64,000 nt of DNA from Albugo candida (taxonomy: Eukaryota): assembly GCA_040437565.1 (NCBI GenBank), contig JBDOQK010000011.1, forward strand, positions 186,001-250,000, given 5' to 3'. Below are positions 1 through 12,767 of this stretch, piece after piece. Positions within the stretch are counted from its first letter, which is position 1; each line of letters starts with the position of its first letter. The notes beneath the pieces were generated by a model. The model saw only the letters and a program-made list of their open reading frames with translations, did not search any database and was not told where the DNA came from. The position numbers and the translations under genes were made by a program.

Positions 1-395
1 AGCCGAGGACATTTCTGAGCTTTTACAGGACGTACAACATCGCATAGGTGATCATACCATTCGACAACTACAATACGTGGATGATGATGGCGATCACGTA
101 CGTGCATCTAAGACAGCCTTGCCGTGCTCCGATCACAAGGACTCTTCTATTTTAGGTGCTTCTACTCACAAATGAAGATCTTAAAGACAGCGTCAGACGA
201 GCTCGTATGTGGGGAAACAAATATCTTCGACTGATAATCCCCATACGTGGTCCAAGGCATTTTGAAAGACCATCTGAAGACGCTTTTCGACGGATTGATG
301 TTAGTCGACAAGAGTCAGTATCAGGGATAGTATATTACGCAGCTGCAGCAGCAGCGATCGCAGGAGCTTCATTTCTCCTGAGTCGGCGAAGATAG
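1..395 (+). CDS. 3' part of a PB1-domain protein with a C-terminal membrane anchor (CBS-PB1 type), 5'-partial
   Basis: LQYVDDDGDH, intron 98-155 (GTACGT..TTTTAG), then VLLLTNEDLKDSV gives the PB1 acidic OPCA motif (Y-x-DDDGD-x-V-L-L). The C-terminus is hydrophobic followed by RRR. Confidence 0.7.
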
Positions 396-761
396 GATAT
401 GATGCTCCCATCACCTATATGGTTTTTGGACACACTGGATGGCTGGAAGATATCGTTCAAACATGCTTTTTGTCATCGTCGTCAACATAGAGTGGGATAC
501 GTAGATCCCCATGATAGCAAGATTCTCAATCGATAAGAACTCGAGTGGGTGCTATAGAACTACATGATCCAGGTCTATCTCGAAGATTTTTTTCTGGTCA
601 GCATACAGGACACTGCTTATGCCAGCGAGCTGTATTTGTCGAGCGATCGAGTTCAAGAAAGCGATGTGACAATTTGTACTTGTTAGATTGTTTAAGGAAA
701 TCCATATCTGTAGCATTGCATCAGCGAGATGCATATTGTTTTCGGCGCTTTTGCAAAGAAA

Positions 762-1449
762 TCATACACCAAGCCATTTTAACGCAAGAATAAGAGCTGT
801 AGCTGGAGTCGGGAGGTAATCATCTATACGTCGAGATGGCTGACTCGATTCTCGATATAGAAATTCCATGCTTGTTTTCAGCGATTCCTGCAAGACGCTT
901 TCTTCGAACTCGAAAATCCACATCGCGATTGCCCACGATACGCTTGCGATAAGCGGAAAATGCGACTTTAATGAGAAATTGTTGAATGGAGCAATATCTC
1001 GCGCAGCTAGTAGCCGAAATCCTGCATATATATTCCGAACCAGTAGGTACATGACGACTTGGTTATTCACGCTCGTATATTTTCCCCAGACAAAGTAGCC
1101 ACCGAGAAATCCTGCTACAGCCGCGTGCCAATGCTGAACCGGCAGCCCGATATCTTTTTGCTGTGTTTTTGAAATTTTCTTCAACAAAACGAGAGTGCCT
1201 TTATAAAGTCCAACGAAAAGCGCCAAATTTTTGGTGTGCTCGTACGTAAGCCCAATGATGCGCCGAAATTTGCTCTGTATGGAGCCTTTGTTGAATAATA
1301 AGATCATAACAAATGCTGTGCAGAAATGTGATATATAGCAGAAATAATTGAATGCATTCGTACTTACCATGAGGGGCACGAATCTTCGTGCCATAGGCGG
1401 CACCGTTGCGTATTCCACGTAAGATGCTTTGGATATCATTGTCGAGCAT
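762..1449 (-). CDS. PXMP4: Peroxisomal membrane protein 4 (PXMP4/PMP24, Tim17-like family), one intron at about 1324-1368
   Basis: ILRGIRNGAAYGTKIRAPH joined to AFVMILLF..GSIQSKFRRI...HTKNLALFVGLYK, AGFLGGYFVWG, VNNQVVMYL and LQESLKTSMEFLY match PXMP4 signature blocks. Confidence 0.9.
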
Positions 1450-2199
1450 TTCTAAGCTATCACCGAGCTTACGAACACTTTGTGTGTGTCCGTAATTATA
1501 GGATCAGCCGCAGATTTCAGATAAAGCATCACATAAAGTCACTATACATATTTGCACTCTATTATTAGATAGCCTCGATGATGACACTAAGCCCAGATCT
1601 CGGTGTAACTCGAATGCTACTAAATCCTGATAGATGCTAACTCGTAAAAAAAGCATTCTCTTTTGGTGGATTTGGGATTCGTATTAGCAGAGAAACTCGC
1701 GCTGAGGTTTTGAAGCCATATCGCACATTATCGCCCACAATAAAGACACCTCCAAGAAAGAATTGTCGCGGTTCAGCAAAAGCTGCTAGCCAACATTTGT
1801 ACACTCGGATCAAGCTAAAATTTAGCTGTGAGACTCTGCCAGATCTCACTGACTAGATTGAACCCAAACTGAACGCACCAAAGATCACATGAGTATCTTA
1901 TTATTCTGTACTTATACAACCACTGACATTTTAACTCCCAGCGTAGATACAAATCAGTCACATGGAAGTGTTTTTTTTTCCTGAGCACCATGCGTACTAT
2001 TTTCTTCCTCGAAAGCATGGAGCGTTATTTGTGGGTACTCCGACAGCTTCGATCTGACACGCCAGCATGTCTGCTCAAGTTCTGAGGTTTAGTTGACATC
2101 GCATAATCAATGAAGTGAGCATTAACGTGATTCTGTCACGAGAGAACCGAAATAAATAAATATATCGGCTTAAGTTGAGTGTAACGTCGTACGTTGCGC

Positions 2200-3926
2200 C
2201 GATTTTATGGTATAACTCCAGAGTCTCAACCCGTTTACTTGGGGTGTTGGTGGGTGGCCCTACCTCTCCCCGCCTTCAACGCGACATCCTTCTTCGATCT
2301 ATACATCATCGCTTGATCCTTTGGCGTTGGCGAGCACGAACATACCGTGGCAGGATGCTCATCGCTAAAACAGTGATCCTCCCTTTATTAAGGCATGTAG
2401 GCACGGCTTGATATCTCCCGCTCAAATTCTTGCAAATATTTCTCTCTCAGTACGAGCTTTTGTGAACAACTCTATCTCTGGTCCCCACCAAACAACTTGC
2501 CCCCTGGTCTTCTCCCTTTATCGTGGCATGTAATACCCTCCTCACAAGGCGGCCTCTCTCTTCCTCCTCCCTATCTGTGCCTTAGCTCCTATCGAGTTTC
2601 GGTCCTCATCTCTGATATCTTGGCTATACGAAGATCTCCTACTTTGGCGCCCCTTGTTTTTCCCCAGCGATTACTTTCTCTACAGTGGCTCTCCGCCACC
2701 TTGGTGTTGGCCTCGATATCCTCTACGTCCCCAACATTCCCCCTGCCAGCAATAACTCTCCTCGCTGGGAAATTCTTCCCTTTTCTGGATCGACACTCTT
2801 CATACATGGAATGCACAATTCCGTCCAACTATCAACCCCTCCCGACGCTCCATTTCTCATATTCTTCATCAACCCTTGTGGCATGATCGACTCCTTACTC
2901 GAGGCGATTCCCGAATTCCAATTTTTCGGGCAATTGCATCCTTGGCATGGCTTCGTTCAACCGTACCAGCGATTTTCTCACTACTTATGGCATCCTTCCT
3001 ACGTCGGATCTCCTCTCTCGTCTTCTACGGCCCCAAGTCCCCCGATCTTGGGAATCGGTCGTGACGCTTATGGACGTCTTTGATGGCTTGTCATTACCTT
3101 CGCCCCTTCCTGTCCTTCTACCCTCCCAGCCCTTACACTTGCTCGGCTGTTTTGAACCTTGGATGTTCATCTCTGATCACCTTCCTGATGTTAGTCCCGG
3201 AATTATCGTCTCCCTCCTTACACAATCCACCCCACTCCCGTTCCCCGCCCTTAATATCGACCCCATCTCACTCTCTCCTACCTTTTGATTTCGGCAAATC
3301 CGCCTTCACCAACGCGTCCCCCCGGTTGTAACAGACTTGGTCTTTCACCTACGCCACAATGCGCTGGGATGCCGCTATCGCTTTCGTTGGAGAACGACTT
3401 ACCCTCAATCAAAAACTTGCATCTTTGGTTGCCCGACTCTGGAGACCCCTTTTCATCTGTTTTGGGATTGTCCCTATGCAGACCGAGTCTGGCGTTTCTA
3501 CCTTCAACCATTCCATCGATATACACCCAGCTGATAACCTGGACTCGCGTTCTCTTTGATGACGAAATCAAACTTCGTCCACCTGCCACCGTCGCTTTTG
3601 GCTCTCAACTTCTTTCCGAACTCTTCGCGTGCTTCCGCGGCTCGATCATCAGAACCATTTGGCTCCAACGAAACAACCTCCTCTATCAACATACCCACTC
3701 TTTTCACCGGTTGCTATGGACTTTGAGCTCAACACTTTTCCTTCCCCACTGTGCCGAGCTTTCTCGCCCACTTCTCCACATGAACCCTTCACATCCGATT
3801 CCCGACAACGATAGCTCGGCTCACTCTCCCACTTCGCATGCCGATATTACGGCTTCCATCTCTTCACCTTACGTCCATCTTACACGACACCGCCCACTCT
3901 ACCTTCACTTAGCTCGATCTCTTTGA
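2200..3926 (+). mobile_element. Decayed, 5'-truncated non-LTR retrotransposon (L1/Tx1-like ORF2 3' half with zf-RVT)
   Basis: Post-RT motif RLLGV...WRWRARTYRGRMLIAKTVILP; PSSQGGLSLP; zinc knuckle CIFGCPTLETPFHLFWDCPYADRVW; IIRTIWLQRNNLLY. The pieces are spread over several frames with stops, and the + strand is strongly C/T-rich, unlike the flanks. Confidence 0.85.
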
Positions 3927-5932
3927 ATTAACCTACCTAGCTAGCACAACATAGAAAAGTCATCGTAAGTATAATGAAACGTAATTTCCCATGTACCAGA
4001 GTCTGTCCATCTTGTTCGAGATGGAGCATTTGATTGCAACAAACGGATTTGAGCCATTGATAAGCAGGCCCTGGGAGTAGAATACTGCACAGAAAATCTA
4101 CGTGAGGGAGGTGTCAGGACGAAGAAAATCTACTTCAAGCTCCTGATACTGAAAGAGACTCGATAGTGTCGTTGTCAGCCTGAATTGTGAAGTACTCTTT
4201 GATCCAAATAAAGAAAAGTGATGGCGATAGAACACTCACATTTTTCACTTCGGTAGACTTTGTAACATCATCCCCCGATACAAGAAATTATGTCAAAAAA
4301 GCTACATATTAGCACTGCGCCGAGCTGTGATACCAAAACACAAATAATGCTGCATCTGTGGATACTATTGGATGTAGGAGTAATGCACTGGTACACTTGT
4401 TCCCCTCGTTGATGTGAATTTCTAAAAGACGAGAACTGGGTAGCCAATTTCAGTGTCTTACAAGACTCCATCGACAAAGAAGGATGCAAAGGACTATAGA
4501 AAGACACGGCTTAGTGTTTATGAGCAGAGATAGATTGGTGGTCTTCACGAAGCAGCTTCAAGCATGTGCGTTGTACCTCGCGGAGCCTGGACGCCAAATG
4601 TCAGGTAGTTTCACCTCGACAATTTTAAATGAAAGGCCGAATCGCAATATCTCATTCAATCATTTCGTTCAACCAGAGCGTAGTTCCGCTTTCTTTGAAG
4701 GCGGCGAGATGCACCCGGACGTTCACTGGCTCGTGGACATTGAGATAGAAAGCATGTCGTCGTTTTCTTCCGCTACGAATATGGTCGTGCAGTAGATTTG
4801 TGACAAGGTGATGCTAGCGCGAGAGCACGCATGGGTTTATGGTGACGCTGTATTCATTTTATAAGACAAAATCAAATGAGATCTTGACAGAATCGCTGAC
4901 TTTAGAGCTGCATTCACACCTCGCGTAGGCCCAGCCAGTGAAGAAGAGCCCTAGGTGCTTTTTTTGGTCGCCAGAGCCATTCAATATCAGTTTACGAAGA
5001 GCTGTCGTGTCAACAGAAAGCATGTGTGCGATAATGAAATATGTGTACTGCTTGCCTGGGCTGAATCGAAAACTATGAATAAGCGTATCTGGTTAGCTTG
5101 ATGCTGGTTGAGCTTAGTTGCCTTCTAGCGAGGCAGCTGGAATCAGAAGCCAAGCTGATCCACAGTACGTTTGATTGCGCTAGAGGCGAACTTGTTTTGA
5201 ACTAGGATTTTCGGTAGGATGCGCTAGCATAGAGAATGAATGATGCAACCCTATACGTATTTTCATATAGGCTGAAATCCAGCACGCTCGCTGCTTACAG
5301 ACTCACTCCGACACCGTCATATACAATATAGCGCGGCTAATTGACAAACTATGGATGATGAGCTGTCGTTTCACCTCATATATAGAAGTGGAAGCCACCT
5401 GAAGCGCCACTAATCTCCCGCTAAAAGTTTCGCGTACCTGTCGTACTCTTTCGGGTAGAGAAGATGAATGCACATAATTTTCGAGATGCTGATAAGAATC
5501 AGTCTTGGATTTTCTTTGATTCGCAAAATTCTTTCAATAGCGCGATTTGCATATGAATATTTGTTATGCGTGTGAAAATTGCAAGTGCACGACAGGGCGT
5601 GATGCACTATGGAATGAACTGCAGATTTACCATCTTATTTTGCTCGTCGATAAAACCATTCGTATGCCTCAAAACAGCTTCCTCGACTGTTAACCGCTCA
5701 GAGCGAAGCTAATTGTGCTCAATGCGACCACTACATATAGACATTGGTATCGTCTGAGACGGATCAAAAAGCGCAATTGAGCACATTACTCATTAGTGCC
5801 AGTAAGAATGTATGATCACAATGCGATACTAAATGGATAACACCCACGAGGTTGCCTACAAACCGCATTCGTCGATGAGCGAAAATGAAATATCGAACAA
5901 ACTAATGTCACGTTGCTTGCTTCCTATTATTG

Positions 5933-6821
5933 TCAGCCACTTCCAAGTATGAGTAAAAGAATGAGAATAATAAGTAATACGACAATGGTCACGTAAAGTT
6001 TGATGTTTCCACTCTGGCGCGCAATCTATCGAATATATCAGACTTTTTGTTGCAAATGGAGAACTATAATATTTCACCTTTGCGGCTCTGGCTCCTTCTG
6101 TGTTCAGCCCGTCTTTGGCATGTAATACATCCCCGTCCATGTCATCCAATAATCTTATATGTAAATCTGTCTCGTCCTTCACTGCCATACTGAAGTTCTT
6201 CAAATTTGCCACACCCTTCCCTATAATGTCTAGTTGATCATCTTGATCTAAGCATTCAGCGTACACATCGAGTTGATCGGAGTCTAAGTGCGCAAATGTT
6301 CTGTGCCACTTGCCTCTCATGATTTGCTTTTGCAATCCCAAAAGTTGTGAGGAACGATCATGTGATTTCTGACTACTAGAAAAATTGAAATCGAATCAAT
6401 TTGACAAGAATGCTCTGAACACACCTGATAGCTGACGACCGGCTTTTGAATATGTTCAAATTCCGTTCCTAAGTGAAGTTCAGCCATTTGAGTATATTCT
6501 ACCGACAACGTACTTGATTACGCTCTAGTTCTCGTAGGGCTTTATCCCAGCGTTCCATTTCCTCACGTTCCCTTGAGAACGAGTGAATATTAGCATTGAT
6601 GTAAGTCATGTCGTGAGTAGAGCTTACATGTCTGGCAAAAGTGATTGTTTGTAGCAGCTAAAGTCACGACGTAATTGCTCTACATCCATGTGCAATTCGG
6701 ATATGGTATCACCGACCGAATCGTATTTCTTCCCTGCTATCATGGATCGTATTGTTACCTCTTTCTTTTGCGCACGCGACATGCTTTTCAGCCATAAATT
6801 CCAATCATCAAACGCTGTCAT
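5933..6821 (-). CDS. Qc-SNARE (syntaxin-8/SYP5-like), multi-exon, copy 1
   Basis: SNARE motif QDDQLDIIGKGVANLKNFSMAVKDETDLHIRLLDDMDGDV. The spliced last exon IARQSGNIKLYVTIVVLLIILILLLILGSG* is a tail anchor. N-terminal helical exon MTAFDDWNLW. Confidence 0.8.
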
Positions 6822-7242
6822 TTGAAAACCTTCTCTGGCACCTGTACCTTCGCGCAACAAGCACAACAATGATTCAAAGTTGCCTTTAAGGACCAAAGTA
6901 TGCGCGGAACGCTTTCCATGTTGCCGATCGGATGTGAGCCTCCAGACGATCATATAATGAANNNNNNNNNNNNNNNNNNNNNNNNNNNNNNNNNNNNNNN
7001 NNNNNNNNNNNNNNNNNNNNNNNNNNNNNNNNNNNNNNNNNNNNNNNNNNNNNNNNNNNNNGTCTGAGACGGATCAAAAAGCGCAATTGAGCACATTACT
7101 CATTAGTGCCAGTAAGAATGTATGATCACAATGCGATACTAAATGGATAACACCCACGAGGTTGCCTACAAACCGCATTCGTCGATGAGCGAAAATGAAA
7201 TATCGAACAAACTAATGTCACGTTGCTTGCTTCCTATTATTG

Positions 7243-8131
7243 TCAGCCACTTCCAAGTATGAGTAAAAGAATGAGAATAATAAGTAATACGACAATGGTC
7301 ACGTAAAGTTTGATGTTTCCACTCTGGCGCGCAATCTATCGAATATATCAGACTTTTTGTTGCAAATGGAGAACTATAATATTTCACCTTTGCGGCTCTG
7401 GCTCCTTCTGTGTTCAGCCCGTCTTTGGCATGTAATACATCCCCGTCCATGTCATCCAATAATCTTATATGTAAATCTGTCTCGTCCTTCACTGCCATAC
7501 TGAAGTTCTTCAAATTTGCCACACCCTTCCCTATAATGTCTAGTTGATCATCTTGATCTAAGCATTCAGCGTACACATCGAGTTGATCGGAGTCTAAGTG
7601 CGCAAATGTTCTGTGCCACTTGCCTCTCATGATTTGCTTTTGCAATCCCAAAAGTTGTGAGGAACGATCATGTGATTTCTGACTACTAGAAAAATTGAAA
7701 TCGAATCAATTTGACAAGAATGCTCTGAACACACCTGATAGCTGACGACCGGCTTTTGAATATGTTCAAATTCCGTTCCTAAGTGAAGTTCAGCCATTTG
7801 AGTATATTCTACCGACAACGTACTTGATTACGCTCTAGTTCTCGTAGGGCTTTATCCCAGCGTTCCATTTCCTCACGTTCCCTTGAGAACGAGTGAATAT
7901 TAGCATTGATGTAAGTCATGTCGTGAGTAGAGCTTACATGTCTGGCAAAAGTGATTGTTTGTAGCAGCTAAAGTCACGACGTAATTGCTCTACATCCATG
8001 TGCAATTCGGATATGGTATCACCGACCGAATCGTATTTCTTCCCTGCTATCATGGATCGTATTGTTACCTCTTTCTTTTGCGCACGCGACATGCTTTTCA
8101 GCCATAAATTCCAATCATCAAACGCTGTCAT
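7243..8131 (-). CDS. Qc-SNARE, identical copy 2 (probably the same locus duplicated by assembly)
   Basis: Identical to 5933-6821 at an offset of 1310 nt. Confidence 0.75.
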
Positions 8132-8227
8132 TTGAAAACCTTCTCTGGCACCTGTACCTTCGCGCAACAAGCACAACAATGATTCAAAGTTGCCTTTAAG
8201 GACCAAAGTATGCGCGGAACGCTTTCC

Positions 8228-11200
8228 ATGTTGCCGATCGGATGTGAGCCTCCAGACGATCATATAATGAACGATATCATTGTATCTGAAGAACGTTTAC
8301 CTGGAAATGATACTGACATTGTACAGATTGCTTCTCGGCTTTCGTCGGCTCGCTTCGATCAAATGTAAGATTATCATTTGACCTCGTCCATCCATAAGTA
8401 CCTAATCTGAAACATCGTAGCGACTCGTATGAGATTGATGAAAGTTCTTATAAAGAACTCCCGCTGATCGCGCAACGTTTGGTTTCCACGGGATGCTTTG
8501 AAGGTACAAAGCGCTTTTAAGGTGAATATTGCTTGCTGAAAATTGACGATTTCGTTTTTGGTAGGACGCATGATCGATACTAAACCCGCACGCAGTAGAA
8601 AGCGTTCTCATGAGAATTTGGTTGTCGTCGATTTGCCAAAACCGAAGGAAAAGAAATCGCTGAATCAGACGGCGCACGGGAGCAAGAGTGAAAAGAGCAA
8701 AATCCCGGATGATGATGACACTGTAGTAAAGTGCAATTCTCGAAGCTTATTTACACCCGAATCTAAAGTGACAGCGATGCTTGGAAGATACTCTGCCGTG
8801 TTAGAGAACATGCTAGCAGAGTTTGGTATAAAGCGGAACGAGATAGGCTACCTCGTCAAGATGGACAGCTTCATCCCTACTCATATAGATGACGCAAAAG
8901 TTAAGGTCATCTGTCAAACCATTCGGCTATTGGAAAAACACAACATGATCTCGAAAGTTGATGGGAACATGATTCGTTGTATTCTCAGTTTATTGGACAG
9001 ACATGTAAGAGTCTTCGCATGGGTTGATGACCATTTATGAGCTAAATATCATTTCATGCTAGGTTCTTTTTGGATTTCGGCAAAGTGCGTCTAATGACAC
9101 AAAATGTGATGATGCAGAGCGAAAACGTACCAAGATCAAGAGACCTTTACTTCAGCTTTCGTATAATACTTTAGAGATTGGAACTTGCATACTTTTTTTG
9201 GTCTCTTCGTCTCATTCAGATCGGGGTATCTTGTCGGAAGACATAATTGATAATTGCGTCCAATTGCTGTGTCAAACGATAAAAAACCTCCAAGATTATC
9301 TATCAGCGGCTTCTACGTCGGAATCGATTCCGCATGAAGACAATCAGAATTTTCGGCGTATGATACCAGAATTGTGTGATTATATGAATCAATTCTCACA
9401 TCTTGTAGAGTCGTTGAAGCTATCAGATTGCTTGATTTTGCGTTTGTCTTCCAGTCTATTCGACACGTTCGTGTTTGATTCGAGCCATCACGTTGCGCAG
9501 ATACAACAGAGTAGCATTATGATTCTTCGAAGTATTTATATCCAACATCCTTCACATCGCAAATTACTACTGGATGAAGCACTCTCGACAATGCTGAAGG
9601 TTCCGCTCATGAAACGAAATGTGCGAACAGTGAAGCTGCTATACTCAGATAATATGATTCAGATGATCACGGCGCTTGTGGTGACACTGCTTCAATGCAG
9701 TGATTTAGGAAATCGAGATGTGGAAGAAAAATCACATCAATCCGGTTTGGGTATGAGTATCGATGAACCGGACCCGTCTATGAAACACGTCACCAATACT
9801 TTGGACAATATCAAGCTCTTTAGCAGAGATTTGATCAAGAACTGCATGAAGAAAAGTGAGGATCGTGACCAACGAATTCGGTTGGAACTTTTTCTGGAAG
9901 ATCTACTTACTATGTTTATCTATCCGGAGTGGTTTGGAGCCGAGATGCTCCTTGAATTACTTAGCTCCATTTTGGCAGGAATATTGCATGGGCAATTGTC
10001 TAAAGATGAGAAAAGACTTGACTCACACTATGGATTGATGGCACTGAGTATGATTGGAAAGATGTGTACATCTATAAAGGCTCACGAAAAACAAGCAGCA
10101 AAGGAAAATGCAATCAATTATGATTATTTACGAGTACTTGTTACTGAGGAAGCCAGCATTGCCCCGACAAGTATCCGACCTAAAGTAATTGATGCAAGCG
10201 AGATCTCACCAAATCTATTGTTAGAGATGGTCACTCTGATTCACTTGCATCAAAAGTCAAAAACGAATGTATTTCATCTAGACTCTGGCCGGCTTTTATC
10301 GGCAAAACTATGGCAGAACGCTTTGACAGTAGCTTCAGGAGACTCGCACGAACCAACCGTGATGTGGTTTCGGCATTCTTTCAATGCATTGTGCAAGACA
10401 AAAGAGTCACAACTAGATCCTTTGGTCATTTCGAGTGATATAAGTGCTCGAGTCAGCATGCATGCGGCACTCACACGCGAATTTTGTCAATCTTTTGATA
10501 AGATTCTTTCACATATGATGGCTTTATTAGCTGGTGGTATTGCAACNNNNNNNNNNNNNNNNNNNNNNNNNNNNNNNNNNNNNNNNNNNNNNNNNNNNNN
10601 NNNNNNNNNNNNNNNNNNNNNNNNNNNNNNNNNNNNNNNNNNNNNNTGGTTTCGGCATTCTTTCAATGCATTGTGCAAGACAAAAGAGTCACAACTAGAT
10701 CCTTTGGTCATTTCGAGTGATATAAGTGCTCGAGTCAGCATGCATGCGGCACTCACACGCGAATTTTGTCAATCTTTTGATAAGATTCTTTCACATATGA
10801 TGGCTTTATTAGCTGGTGGTATTGCAACATTTCGATCACGCGTAATGAAAGTGCTTTCGGAATTGGTTCACCTCGATCCTATGCTAATGGCTCGCGAAAA
10901 TGTCAGGGGTGCTGTCTACAATTGTTTTGTAGATGCAAGCATCTCTGTCCGCCAAGCTGCTGTGGATTTGGTCGGTCATTACGTGGCTTTCCATTCTACA
11001 CTGGTAAGAGACATTAAAAAGGATCCACTTGATGTTAGTAAATCACGCTCTTGCAGTTTGAACAGTACTTTGACATGCTCAGTGAACGCTTACTGGATAA
11101 AGGCATTAGCGTTCGGAAAAGCGTGTGCAAAATATTCCGTCGCTATCTGACAACTACACCAGAATTAGACAAAGAAATGGATGCATCATTGATGCGGAGA

Positions 11201-11619
11201 GAAACCAACCGGAAGAACGGGTGTATGCGCATGCTAGCACAACGGATTGGTGATGCAGCCGAAGAAACAAGTATAAAGAAGTTCATTCTTAATACGTTTC
11301 AAGAACTTTGGTTTGGGAACGCTGACGACTGGGAGTTACAAGAACAGTTGCCTGTAGCCTTAACTATTCCAGAAACAAGCTCAAACCGCAATGTAGCGCC
11401 AGGAATGGAAGATAGCATTGTAGCGAGCGAAGAAAACCGTGTGAAACAATCTCAAGATTGCGTAACTCCTTCTAGAGTTATTCATCAAAATCGTCTAAAG
11501 CTTTACGATTCGGTTAATATCGCAGCAATCATCATAGAAATCATCCAACATTGCAATGATATTGATTGGTTTGCGTCATTACTAAAACGGCTCTTGTGCG
11601 TTGGAAAAGCATACAATCA
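8228..11619 (+). CDS. NIPBL: Cohesin loader Scc2/Nipped-B-like protein, multi-exon, 3'-truncated by a gap
   Basis: PEWFGAEMLLELL; FRSRVMKVLSELVHLDPMLM...DASISVRQAAVDLVG; YFDMLSERLLDKGISVRKSVCKIFR; TFQELWF are conserved Scc2 HEAT blocks. The start codon (8228 or 8267) is uncertain. Confidence 0.9.
10365..10828. repeat. Exact 182-nt duplication across gap 10547-10646 (10365-10546 = 10647-10828)
   Basis: WFRHSFNALCK...LAGGIA occurs twice, either side of the N-run. Confidence 0.9.
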
Positions 11620-12514
11620 NNNNNNNNNNNNNNNNNNNNNNNNNNNNNNNNNNNNNNNNNNNNNNNNNNNNNNNNNNNNNNNNNNNNNNNNNNNNNNNNN
11701 NNNNNNNNNNNNNNNNNNNCCAGATGTAGTGCAAATTTCACAATAGCTCTTTGAACTGCATGAACAACGTGGTGAGCGGATGCTAAGGCTTGAGCAATCA
11801 TATACGAAAAACCTAGAAGTACCATACGAAAAGCTTTCAGCAATATGTATTGCATTCTGCAGAGCTATCTGACCTGGCTTGGGTCTGATTGGATTCGAGG
11901 TGTTTCAGCTTAGCTTGATCAATTCGATCAAGTGCAGTTTTATGAATCTGACATGCACACACAAAGTGCTACTTTGCGATGTAGTCCAAACGTTCGTTTG
12001 TTTGTTTCAGAATGTCGAATTTCACAATGGAGCTAGACGCATGCAGTTCTCCACTGCATTAACGAAATATAGATCGTGCTTTTCCTTCGTTGTCAACTTG
12101 GATCGATTCGACGTGCCAATATGTGCAAGAGCGGCTGCATCTGATATCTAAAATATTCCAAAGCATCATTCTACCATTGTCGTGTTCAGGCAAATCCGAT
12201 CCATCAGTTTCCGATCAGCAAGGCATTCGTATAAAGTGTCACTTTGTCTTTCGNNNNNNNNNNNNNNNNNNNNNNNNNNNNNNNNNNNNNNNNNNNNNNN
12301 NNNNNNNNNNNNNNNNNNNNNNNNNNNNNNNNNNNNNNNNNNNNNNNNNNNNNATGAGACTCATCACAATTCTTTTTCTCACATATTCTGCCCTTTCTAC
12401 GTTTGGGTTAAAAAGTGCGGGCTTATATTCGGCTATCATGAAGATTACTATTATGTAATCACGTCGTTACAAGGTGTATTGTGTGTGATTACATCTATGC
12501 ATCTTTCTTGGGTC

Positions 12515-12600
12515 CGTACCCAATTCAGTCTGTTAAGCATTTGAGCGCACAGACCCCCTGCCGGAGGTCGTTAGTTCGATTCCCGGCAGTGTGGGCAGCG
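12515..12600 (+). other. Degenerate tRNA-like or SINE-head sequence
   Basis: GGTCGTTAGTTCGATTCCCGGC is B-box/T-loop-like and CAGTCTGTTAAGC upstream is A-box-like. No intact cloverleaf could be folded. Confidence 0.25.
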
Positions 12601-12767
12601 TTTTGAGCCCACCCAAGCAATAAGCTTGGAAAATATCTGTCTCCCTAGGTTTGAAGTCAGACTTAAGNNNNNNNNNNNNNNNNNNNNNNNNNNNNNNNNN
12701 NNNNNNNNNNNNNNNNNNNNNNNNNNNNNNNNNNNNNNNNNNNNNNNNNNNNNNNNNNNNNNNNNNN

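Larger units (their letters stand above)
5752..8271. repeat. Exact 1.21-kb direct duplication (5752-6961 = 7062-8271) flanking a 100-N gap
   Basis: The sequences and ORF translations on both sides of gap 6962-7061 are identical. Confidence 0.9.

Noticed and set aside
3960-5300. Fragmentary coding-like sequence downstream of the LINE (for example HPDVHWLVDIE)
   Set aside because: No motif is strong enough to assign a family, and it is full of stops.
5711-5787. Short imperfect inverted repeat (AATTGTGCTCAATGCG / CGCAATTGAGCACATT)
   Set aside because: It is only about 16 bp, with no target-site duplication or other copies visible, so it cannot be called a MITE or RNA hairpin.
5752-8271. Apparent tandem duplication of the SNARE gene
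   Set aside because: The copies are identical and directly flank a 100-N placeholder gap, which is typical of unmerged contig overlap rather than a real duplication.
10365-10828. Internal repeat in NIPBL
   Set aside because: It is an exact overlap around a 100-N gap, so an assembly artefact.
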